From a virus (taxonomy: Duplodnaviria; Caudoviricetes): a stretch of DNA of 57,398 nt. Every line of letters starts with the position of its first letter. Within the stretch, counting starts at the first letter, position 1. A program made the translations under genes and the position numbers. The stretch spans positions 1-57,398 of the IMG/VR virus record IMGVR_UViG_3300048611_000204. One strand, written 5' to 3'. The notes beneath the pieces are model-generated. The model ran no database searches. It had not been told where the DNA came from and worked only from the letters and a program-made list of their open reading frames with translations. Shown here piece by piece: positions 17,833-25,512 of this stretch.

Positions 17833-18165
17833 ATGAAGGTACAAATCAAAAGGCTGGATGGGAAACGCTGGAAGCCGCTGCTGGCTGAGGAATTGGTCGG
17901 CAAGTCGACTATCGACTTCCTGCTGGAAAGCCAGGACACCCTGGTCGCCGCGGCGTTCGACCCGGGCACCGACAAGCCGTTCCTCTTTATCTCCAACAAC
18001 CCGACCTACGTCGAGATGTACAAGGAGCGGGGCGTGAGCCTGAGCGCCAAGGACGTTCGCAGCCTGTTTCTGTCCGAGAACGTCCCGCAGGTCGTCGCGC
18101 ACGTCTTCCCGGACGGAGAAATCGGCGCGATGACCGCTATTTCGGAGCAGGGAAACCTGCTTTGA
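17833..18165 (+). CDS. hypothetical protein
   Basis: AAGGA RBS; ends EQGNLL. Confidence 0.7.
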   Translation: MKVQIKRLDGKRWKPLLAEELVGKSTIDFLLESQDTLVAAAFDPGTDKPFLFISNNPTYVEMYKERGVSLSAKDVRSLFLSENVPQVVAHVFPDGEIGAMTAISEQGNLL

Positions 18166-18175
18166 CATTTTTCTT

Positions 18176-18205
18176 TTGACAAGACGCCGTGGGAAAAAGT
18201 ATCTT
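18176..18205 (+). promoter_or_regulatory. sigma70-like promoter candidate
   Basis: TTGACA-N18-TATCTT at the start of a long intergenic region. Confidence 0.45.
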
Positions 18206-18323
18206 GTCCAAACGAAATTAACAGATTGGCATTGTCGGGATACCAGTCTGAGAGAAAAGAGCAGCAACATCGCTCGAACCCGCTACGGAGCCCGACACTC
18301 CAAGGCGGGTTTTTTTTGTGCAA

Positions 18324-18553
18324 AATCCAGGGTGGTCAGGTCTATCGGGTAGCGCCCTGGATTGTTCATCCCGTACTATGCGAGCTCAAAACGGGAACCG
18401 TGGGTACAGACCTAGAGCGGTGAGTGATCGGCTGATACAGAGCTGATAATAGTCTAGGGTCAAAGTCGCTCCACTGTATCAGGTGAGCGTCCGAGCGGCG
18501 AGCGATCTTATACGGCTGTTCGAAAGGTACTGACTCCACGATAGGGTCAGTGC
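18324..18553 (+). ncRNA. candidate structured RNA or element
   Basis: Four consecutive stems plus a possible pseudoknot in an intergenic region. Confidence 0.4.
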
Positions 18554-18616
18554 GACCAGCTCACGAAGCTAACCGGCTGTTGAAAAGAAATAACTGATAA
18601 TATTTAAGGAGATCTT

Positions 18617-19069
18617 ATGGAAGTTTGTAGTTGCGGTTCTCGAATGAAGGTTTGTACCCAGCACAAGGTTGCAGGCTCCGAGTGCACCGGTTGCGGCAAG
18701 CGTATTTGGAATAGCCAAGCCGATCTCGATCTGGCAACCATCAATTCGCGCGACATAACAGAAGAATTAGAGGTGGGGTGGCCGGATAAAATGACTTGTT
18801 CAACTTGCCGGTGGTGGGTACTCGACAAAAATGACAGCTACAACTCACTGATTTCACCGGAAGACCCGGTGACGTACGAGCAGGAGAAGACGGAAGAGGC
18901 CATCGCCACCAAGTGGGGCCACGTTGTGCGGCGCTGTCGCTGCCCAAAGATTACGTTCTATCAGCGCCCGGAGCGCGACGGGGCTACCGTGTGTGACGGG
19001 TCGGAATATATGGCGCAACTGCTTACGGGGCCGGACTTCGGCTGTATCCATCATGAGCCGAACGATTAA
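18617..19069 (+). CDS. Cys-rich hypothetical protein
   Basis: AAGGAG RBS; several CxxC. Confidence 0.65.
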   Translation: MEVCSCGSRMKVCTQHKVAGSECTGCGKRIWNSQADLDLATINSRDITEELEVGWPDKMTCSTCRWWVLDKNDSYNSLISPEDPVTYEQEKTEEAIATKWGHVVRRCRCPKITFYQRPERDGATVCDGSEYMAQLLTGPDFGCIHHEPND

Positions 19070-19195
19070 AACAATAGCCACTGAGTCGGTAACGGCTCCA
19101 AGCCGCGAGGTGGGTATCAAGTTCGGGGGGGTAGAGTACCTTCTGGAGGAAGCCTGTGGATGCTACGACGGGTAGAGGTTTTGCGCCGATTTAGA

Positions 19196-19329
19196 ATCTA
19201 ACGATCAAAGATAAGGGGATTGCGGATATGACGACACCGAAAGACAAATACTCTGAACCTGATGTTTATGTCTGCCCTGCTTGCGGAAAGCCCAGTGGTA
19301 GCAATTCCCTCTTAATTAACGGGTTAGGG
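19196..19329 (-). other. integron attC-like site G (long loop)
   Basis: Minus strand CCCTAAC-CCGTT-AATTAAGAGGGAATTGC...GCAATCCCCTTATCT-TTGATC-GTTAGAT. Confidence 0.7.
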
Positions 19330-19536
19330 GGCGGGGCTGAACGGGCCACCATTGACAAGGCGTTGAAACTGGCCGTTGAGTATGGCGGAATTGACGGCGC
19401 TCACCACAAGGACTGGGTAATAGACCAGGTGATCAGGATACTGGCCGGCGATGGTTACGACAAGCTGGTGGCTGAAAGCTGTGATGGAGAGGATGGCCCG
19501 AACACATATGGCTGGGATTGCGGTATAGCACCCTAA
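19228..19536 (+). CDS. hypothetical protein (cassette gene, starts inside site G)
   Basis: YGGIDGAHHKDWVIDQ..R.L...WD.GIAP; stop TAA in CCCTAAC core. Confidence 0.7.
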   Translation: MTTPKDKYSEPDVYVCPACGKPSGSNSLLINGLGGGAERATIDKALKLAVEYGGIDGAHHKDWVIDQVIRILAGDGYDKLVAESCDGEDGPNTYGWDCGIAP

Positions 19537-19615
19537 CGATTGAGGTCAGCGGACCGGTGGGGCGCTGACGGAAAACACTGCCATATCAACCTCCGCTGCA
19601 TTGGGCTGGTTGGAT
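19531..19615 (-). other. integron attC-like site H
   Basis: Minus strand ATCCAAC...TGCAGCGG...CCGCTGACC-TCAATC-GTTAGGG. Confidence 0.7.
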
Positions 19616-19639
19616 GGCAATCTAACTACGGAGACGAGA

Positions 19640-19885
19640 ATGCAGACATTAACCTACCCTGTAACTGATGAGCGCCATCGCCGCGCTATTGCCCACCGTA
19701 ACTTTTGCCCAGAATGCGGGTCTGAGGTGGATACCGGCTGGGAGTGCAATAACCGAGAGTGCCAGTATGACGCCAGAGACGAAGCGTTGTCGGTGACCAA
19801 TGCTGATGTGCTGGCGCTGCTGGTATGGGAGCGGGCAGATGAGCGGCCCGCGATTGACCAGCGCGGAACTGGGCGTTACTGCTAG
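19640..19885 (+). CDS. small Zn-ribbon protein (cassette gene)
   Basis: GGAG RBS; CPECG...C....C. Confidence 0.6.
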   Translation: MQTLTYPVTDERHRRAIAHRNFCPECGSEVDTGWECNNRECQYDARDEALSVTNADVLALLVWERADERPAIDQRGTGRYC

Positions 19886-19887
19886 AC

Positions 19888-19910
19888 AGCCAACGATGCT
19901 ATCAGCGGAC
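19888..19910 (-). other. attC/attI-like half site
   Basis: Minus strand GTCCGCTGATAGCATC-GTTGGCT; no partner arm found. Confidence 0.45.
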
Positions 19911-20030
19911 GGCGACGGACCGCCCGCGAATCACTGAATTATTTAAGGATAATCAATAATGGTCAGCCCGAGATTGAACGGCATGCGGTCGTTCAATCGG
20001 GCCGATCAATTAACAAGGAGGATTTACTAG

Positions 20031-20306
20031 ATGGCAGAATCTATTTCGTTACCCAGATACAAATGTCACAAGGTCGTGCAGGCGGCCAGGATCACTCGTA
20101 TTGACAGACGCGGCACACCGGAGGTCAAAGTCTTGATTCTCGGTGAAGCAGGCCAGGAACTTGTAATCAACGACGAGTTTGCCAATAAGCACCATCCAAA
20201 GGTCGGCAAATATCTCGTTGTTTACGAAGACGGCCACAAGTCTATTACGCCAACTGAGGTCTTCGAGGCCGGCTATGCCCTGATCGAAGAGGAGGAGTCT
20301 GAATAA
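20031..20306 (+). CDS. hypothetical phage protein
   Basis: AGGAGG RBS; LPRYKCHKVV.A...G.YLVVYEDG..S..P...FEAGY. Confidence 0.8.
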   Translation: MAESISLPRYKCHKVVQAARITRIDRRGTPEVKVLILGEAGQELVINDEFANKHHPKVGKYLVVYEDGHKSITPTEVFEAGYALIEEEESE

Positions 20307-20629
20307 TGGAACTCATAACCAGAACCCTGCCGTCTCTGTTGAGCGACGAGCAGCGCAACGCTTACGGACAGGAGCAGGCCAAGTTGCTTGTCGAGATCAA
20401 GTCCCTCGAAGCGGATCGCACCGAAGCCAACCGGCGTATCAAGCCTAAGCGGACCCGCGTCAACTACTTGGCGCCGGTCATCGACTCCGGCATGGAACAC
20501 AAGGAAGTCGAGTGTTATTGGGAATATCACTGGGAGCAAGGCGTGAAAAACCTGCGCCGGCACGACACCGACGAAATCGTCGAGGACACAGTCCCGATTG
20601 AGGACTACGAATCGCAGATGAACCTTTGA
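20306..20629 (+). CDS. hypothetical protein
   Basis: GAGGAG RBS; ends SQMNL. Confidence 0.75.
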   Translation: MELITRTLPSLLSDEQRNAYGQEQAKLLVEIKSLEADRTEANRRIKPKRTRVNYLAPVIDSGMEHKEVECYWEYHWEQGVKNLRRHDTDEIVEDTVPIEDYESQMNL

Positions 20630-20634
20630 TCGAC

Positions 20635-20755
20635 AGGGCGCTACCGTCTAAAGTGGCTGGCGCGAGACGTCGGGTTAAGCGCCGGCCAAGTACTGTCTGG
20701 TACTGAGATCAACAGCCCCTCTCCCCCTCCGGGGCTGCTCAAGTCAGACCGCCCT
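20635..20755 (+). ncRNA. candidate three-way-junction RNA
   Basis: Closing stem AGGGCG/CGCCCT enclosing two hairpins; followed by a terminator. Confidence 0.4.
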
Positions 20756-20765
20756 TTGTTTCATG

Positions 20766-20796
20766 CCCCCGCTTCTCTGAAAAGCGGGGGTTTTTT
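20766..20796 (+). terminator. intrinsic terminator
   Basis: CCCCCGCTT/AAGCGGGGG followed by TTTTTT. Confidence 0.8.
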
Positions 20797-20834
20797 CGTT
20801 GTTTGCCATGCGCATATTGCTGGCAGGAGGAAGG

Positions 20835-21119
20835 ATGGGCTATCCAGATCCAGACATCAGATTGAAGAAGGAGTATGGCGGCGTCAGGGCCGCGCTCGAA
20901 TACTGCGTCTCGTTGAACTTGAACAAGACCCAGGCGGCCAACCTATTGGGGATCGATCGCGCGACCCTCAGAGAGCGAGCCAGGCGTTATAACGTCGCCT
21001 TCCCGGACGGATATGCGACCCGTGACACGACGCTGGCCAGAGAAATCAGCCGGGAACGAATCATCGCCGGGAATCAAAACGGAAACATGGGCGGCCGGAG
21101 ACGATGGAAAAAGGTCTGA
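20835..21119 (+). CDS. Fis-type helix-turn-helix protein
   Basis: NKTQAANLLGIDRATLRER; AGGAGG RBS. Confidence 0.75.
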   Translation: MGYPDPDIRLKKEYGGVRAALEYCVSLNLNKTQAANLLGIDRATLRERARRYNVAFPDGYATRDTTLAREISRERIIAGNQNGNMGGRRRWKKV

Positions 21120-21241
21120 ACGGCCTGGCCGTGTCCACCGCAATTAAATTAATATCTACACAGATTTAACCGAGAAAAGGGATGTATCATGATTTCAGTT
21201 GAACGATTAGCTAACGGGCTTGCGGCCCTACGGAGGAGAAC

Positions 21242-21613
21242 ATGGGAATTGGAGAGAGATTTGAATTCGAGAAGACGGGCCGAATAGACCCAGAGCGTAG
21301 CAAGTCCGCCGTGCAGCGTTTGGTTAGCGCCTTTTCGGAGCACGACTGTCTCTGCTGCGGACCGTTTGAGGGCGACTTTGGTTCCCCGGATGACCGCATC
21401 TTGAAAGACAAAATGGTGACAGCCCGCAAGAGCGGGGAATGCCACCTGTGCGGCCAGCAGATACAGCCGAAAGAGCGGATCAGGACCATGGCCGCTGTGT
21501 TCGACGGTGAATTGATGTCGTACCGCTGGTGCAACGCCTGCTGTGCAGCCATGGCAAAGAGCCTGTACGACGATGGCGAAGCATGGGAAGACCGCTCAGC
21601 ATTGAGGCGCTAA
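21242..21613 (+). CDS. Cys-rich hypothetical protein
   Basis: GGAGGAG RBS; stop TAA in the CGCTAAC core of site J. Confidence 0.75.
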   Translation: MGIGERFEFEKTGRIDPERSKSAVQRLVSAFSEHDCLCCGPFEGDFGSPDDRILKDKMVTARKSGECHLCGQQIQPKERIRTMAAVFDGELMSYRWCNACCAAMAKSLYDDGEAWEDRSALRR

Positions 21614-21709
21614 CGGTAAGGGTTGAGCCAGCGCGACGCGCCGCTGGCCGACCACCGAACTTTTCGAGGAGCTGCCGTGTTGAACGTCGGCTCGAACCCA
21701 TTGTTAGAC
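21608..21709 (-). other. integron attC-like site J
   Basis: Minus strand GTCTAAC-AATGG-GTTCGAGCC...GGCTCAAC-CCTTACC-GTTAGCG; extra C at position 4 of L''. Confidence 0.8.
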
Positions 21710-21725
21710 CCATTTGGAGGACGCT

Positions 21726-21947
21726 GTGAAAAGAGAAATTCAGAGATTTACCGTAGGCGACGTTATCAGGATGCCTCATTACCCGACATGCGGCGGCTTC
21801 CGCTGCTGGAAAGTGATAGGCGAACACCTTGGAGGGGTGAAACAGGAAGGCACCTATGAACTTTTGCCGCTGGACGTGGTTGGCAACGAAGCTGTTCATG
21901 TGCCATGCCTAATGTTGGAGACTCACCCGGAAATCGTCAGGGTCTAA
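21726..21947 (+). CDS. hypothetical protein (cassette gene)
   Basis: GGAGG RBS, GTG start; bounded by GTTAGACCC...GGGTCTAAC. Confidence 0.7.
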   Translation: MKREIQRFTVGDVIRMPHYPTCGGFRCWKVIGEHLGGVKQEGTYELLPLDVVGNEAVHVPCLMLETHPEIVRV

Positions 21948-22243
21948 CAATAATTCTACAGCACCCAATGCCGTATAGTCTTTTTCCCTTTTTGGCTTAA
22001 ACCCTTAAAAATGGAGGTCTTTATGAAAATGACAGAGAGACAGGCCCTGCATACGAAGAGCGGGGTCAGGCCGGACCCTCGACGGCGTGGTCCACGATGA
22101 ACTGCCGTGGGACAAGCCAAAACAGGAGGGGCGTTGAGCCCGACCACAAACAGGAAGGAGGAAGATCATGGCTATTCATTGCCCACGCGGAATCTGTGTC
22201 GAGTGTGAAGGGCACTGCGGACTCTGCTTTCAGGAGAAGAAGA

Positions 22244-22414
22244 ATGATCATCGAACTCAAACTCAAAAATCTGGAGAGGATAGACGAAGCGATCAGCGCC
22301 CTGGATCGGGCGATCGAAAAGACCAGCGTCGCTGACGCGGTTCAGTTAATCGACGTAAAATACATTGTTATCGCCATCAAGCGACAATATGAGAAAGGAA
22401 AATATCGTGATTGA
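22244..22414 (+). CDS. small hypothetical protein
   Basis: AGGAG RBS. Confidence 0.55.
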   Translation: MIIELKLKNLERIDEAISALDRAIEKTSVADAVQLIDVKYIVIAIKRQYEKGKYRD

Positions 22415-23438
22415 ACCAGCAGGCATTATCAGCGGAGTCGAAGTGTTCCGCGCCGGAAGAATTCTCTTTACCAACAAGCATGGTCTGCCTCCGGAGATTG
22501 TTCGGGCCATCATGAAGGACCGCTACAGCGACCCGAACGAGCGGTCCTTTGACGAGTCCGCTTCGACCATCACCGCGCCGACCCAGCAGGTCATCCTCAC
22601 CCGCCTGCACAGGGACAACCTGATCATCCGGGACGTGACCAAGTTCTACGCCGCCTTCATGGGCAGCGTCGCCCACCAGGTGCTGGAAGACTCCTGGCAC
22701 GAAGACATGAGCTCGACGGTCGAGCAGCGCATGTACGTCGACTTCGAGATCAACGGCAAGACCGTGGTTCTGTCCGGCAAGTTGGATTGCTTTGACGAGC
22801 CGGAGATCCGCGACTACAAGACTTGTAAGGTCTACAAGATGCAGAAGGGCGGCTTCGAGGACTGGGAGGCGGGCCAGAACACCTACGCCTATATCGTCAG
22901 GGCAGCCGGTCATACCGTCGACCGCCTGAACGTCTGGGCTTTGATCGGCGACTGGAAGGCGCATGAAGCTTTCAAGCCGAATTACCCCGCCTGCCAAATC
23001 GTCAAAGTTCCGCTCAAACTCTGGGACACGGAGAGCCAAGAAGCCTTCATCCACGAGCGCCTGCAGCGCCTGGCCGACGCCCAGCGGATTGTTGACACTC
23101 TCGGCGCCGATGGACTCACTGCCGAAGAAGGACTCGCCAGTCGATACCCTTGCTCCCAGCACGAGATGTGGCAGGATCTGATCGACGTGGTGATCATGAA
23201 GGACGGCGCCAGCCGGGCGACCAACGGCACCAAGTGCGAAACCCGGGAAGAGTGCCAGAAAATCAAGGATGAGAAATACGCCGACCAACCGGAGTACAAG
23301 GTCGTCGAGCGCTACAACAAGCGAACTCGCTGCCTCGACTGGTGCGACGTCGCCCACGTCTGCGCGCAGAATCTGAGACTCTGTAAGGAGGAAGGTATTG
23401 AACCCCCTGTCAGGCTGCATGGAAAACCGATCTTTTAA
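22389..23438 (+). CDS. PD-(D/E)xK / Cas4-like exonuclease
   Basis: GSVAH..LE, E.R, SGKLD...DYKT, QNTY, C-terminal C..WC....C; start uncertain. Confidence 0.82.
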   Translation: MRKENIVIEPAGIISGVEVFRAGRILFTNKHGLPPEIVRAIMKDRYSDPNERSFDESASTITAPTQQVILTRLHRDNLIIRDVTKFYAAFMGSVAHQVLEDSWHEDMSSTVEQRMYVDFEINGKTVVLSGKLDCFDEPEIRDYKTCKVYKMQKGGFEDWEAGQNTYAYIVRAAGHTVDRLNVWALIGDWKAHEAFKPNYPACQIVKVPLKLWDTESQEAFIHERLQRLADAQRIVDTLGADGLTAEEGLASRYPCSQHEMWQDLIDVVIMKDGASRATNGTKCETREECQKIKDEKYADQPEYKVVERYNKRTRCLDWCDVAHVCAQNLRLCKEEGIEPPVRLHGKPIF

Positions 23439-23784
23439 GCGGCGCTGCCCCATGGCGGGGTCGGCGGATGGCAAGCCTGGCTTTGTCAGCTGGCCTGTCG
23501 CCCGCTGCGTCGAACGCTTTGAAGCAGCCGCCAAGACAGACAATGGCTGCAAGGACTGCCAGACCCTGCTCAACGAAGCATGGCTGTTACTAGGAGGATA
23601 ACTGTGGGCAGAAGTAATGGACGCGACCTGTATTTCACCAGGTACATCGAGCCGGCCAGGACGCCGGAAGAATACATGGAGGCGTTGAAAAAATCACCCT
23701 ACCGGACGCACCGCCGCATGGCCGCGCTTCTCAAACCGCAATATGATGAACTCAACAACCAGAAGAACAAGGGGGAATAAATTG

Positions 23785-24366
23785 ATGAAAGTCACAATCG
23801 CCATCGACAACGGAGTGTCCGGATCGATCTGCATCCTCTCCGCCAGCGGCAAATTGCTGCACTACGGACCGACCCCGGTCCGCAAATGCCTCAACTACAC
23901 CAAGGTAAAGGAATATCTCAACCGCGTCGACGGCGTCGCGCTCAGAGCAATCCTCGAACCCTACGCGCAAGGGGAGTCCACCGTGGTCATCGAGCGGCCG
24001 ATGCTCAACCCGCTGCGCTGGAAGGCCAGCGTCTCGGCTCTGCGCTGCGACGAAGCAACCCTGGTTGTCCTGGAGACGCTTGGTTTAAGCTACCACTACG
24101 TCGACTCCCGCCAGTGGCAGACCCCGATGTTGCCCAAGCGGTCGGCGGTCCCGGCTGTGCCGAAGCTGCCCAAGCTGGCCAGCAAGGACGAGAAGGTGCA
24201 GAATGACAAACTCAAAGCCGCCCGCAAGAAAAGAATGGCCGAGTATAATAAGGAGACCAAGGCCCTCTCCCTGGCGATCGGCCAGCGGCTGTTCCCCGGG
24301 ATTGTTTTCAAAGGAGACGCGGACGCCGCGGTGATGTGCGAGTGGGCCCGCAGAGAGGATCTGTAA
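23785..24366 (+). CDS. RuvC-like Holliday junction resolvase
   Basis: IAIDNGVSG, VVIERP, WQ, DADA. Confidence 0.75.
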   Translation: MKVTIAIDNGVSGSICILSASGKLLHYGPTPVRKCLNYTKVKEYLNRVDGVALRAILEPYAQGESTVVIERPMLNPLRWKASVSALRCDEATLVVLETLGLSYHYVDSRQWQTPMLPKRSAVPAVPKLPKLASKDEKVQNDKLKAARKKRMAEYNKETKALSLAIGQRLFPGIVFKGDADAAVMCEWARREDL

Positions 24367-24686
24367 TGGCGCCAAAAAAAGTTTCACCGGGATCTGTCCT
24401 GCCCGCTGTGCCCGACACGATTTCGCTCGGCGGCTTCGACATCAAAACCGTTTTCGATAAAGCAATGTTCGAGCAGTCGCGCAAGATCGGCGCCGCCAAC
24501 TACCCGGAGCAGACCATAACCCTCTCCGCCGCCGGCCACCCGATGCAGACGCTCGAACATACCTACCTGCACGAGATGGTGCACTGGATTCTGTTCATGA
24601 TGAACCGCTTCGACCTGCGCGACGACGAGACGTTCGTTGACGTCTTCGCCCACTTTCTTTACCAGGCCCTGAAGACGGCGAAATAA
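24366..24686 (+). CDS. small zincin-like metallopeptidase
   Basis: TYLHEMVHWI...DETFV. Confidence 0.7.
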   Translation: MAPKKVSPGSVLPAVPDTISLGGFDIKTVFDKAMFEQSRKIGAANYPEQTITLSAAGHPMQTLEHTYLHEMVHWILFMMNRFDLRDDETFVDVFAHFLYQALKTAK

Positions 24687-24688
24687 GC

Positions 24689-24730
24689 AAAAAGCCCCTC
24701 GGAAGATTCAATTCTTCCGGGGGGCTTTTT
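24689..24730. terminator. bidirectional terminator between the convergent genome arms
   Basis: AAAAAGCCCCTCGGAAGA...TCTTCCGGGGGGCTTTTT. Confidence 0.85.
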
Positions 24731-24763
24731 GTTGGCCTGCTTGTCTGGAGTTACCGGCTCTAG

Positions 24764-25027
24764 CTATTCGTCCGCTTCCCTGTTCGCCATATAGGCGTCA
24801 ACCGAGTGCCCCGGATCGATCGTCTCCAGAATCCACTTATCGACATAGTAATGGAGGGGGTGTCGCCACTTGGACAGATAACCGCCATGCTTCTTTTCCC
24901 CGATCCGCTCGGAAATGGTCCTGACCCTCCCCCCCATGATGCAGTTAAGCAGGATGTCCGCCGCCAAGAGATTGTTGAAAAGGTATTGCTTGAAGGAATC
25001 GGGCTTTATCCTGCGGTAGTAACTCAC
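24764..25027 (-). CDS. hypothetical protein
   Basis: D...N...GG...TIS.R.G...DPGH; GTGA overlap. Confidence 0.65.
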   Translation of the reverse strand: MSYYRRIKPDSFKQYLFNNLLAADILLNCIMGGRVRTISERIGEKKHGGYLSKWRHPLHYYVDKWILETIDPGHSVDAYMANREADE

Positions 25028-25416
25028 ACCATCCCCCCTGCATCATCCTCAACCTGCAGCCCCATCTCCGCTAACACATCCCCCCACGGCTCATCAATCC
25101 GGATTACCACCTGTGCCAGGAAATCCGCGCACTCCTGCGCCGTCGGCGGCTCCAGGTCTGGCCATCTTGCGGCGTAATCGGCGGAGATGGCCTGGTGCAG
25201 GTCGACCTGCCCGGCCAGGATCGCCTGCACCGTCTGCACGAAATCCGGCGCTGCTGCGGTTGACGCGCCGTAGTGGGTCGGATTTTCGGCGCTCGGCAGG
25301 GGGATGGCGAAGGTTTTGTCTCCCCCGCGATCCGGGTCGAGGGCTCGGCCGATGCGGTTGGCGGAATCCCGCAGGGATGCCGGGACAATCATTTGTACGC
25401 GATGTGGCCAGCTCAT
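25024..25416 (-). CDS. hypothetical protein
   Basis: AAGGA RBS before MSWPHRV. Confidence 0.7.
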   Translation of the reverse strand: MSWPHRVQMIVPASLRDSANRIGRALDPDRGGDKTFAIPLPSAENPTHYGASTAAAPDFVQTVQAILAGQVDLHQAISADYAARWPDLEPPTAQECADFLAQVVIRIDEPWGDVLAEMGLQVEDDAGGMV

Positions 25417-25512
25417 ATTATTTCCTTTGTATTCATTCGTACTCATGAAAACCCGACAAACAATGAAGAGACCAACTTGATGCTCCACATGCCACAATGC
25501 TGTAACACATAG

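Noticed and set aside
19057-19127. Possible extra attC (GCCGAAC...GTTCGGG)
   Set aside because: Cores are complementary, but the L boxes and spacers do not pair convincingly; at best a decayed site
20630-20760. tRNA gene
   Set aside because: No T-loop GTTCRA or cloverleaf; kept only as an ncRNA candidate
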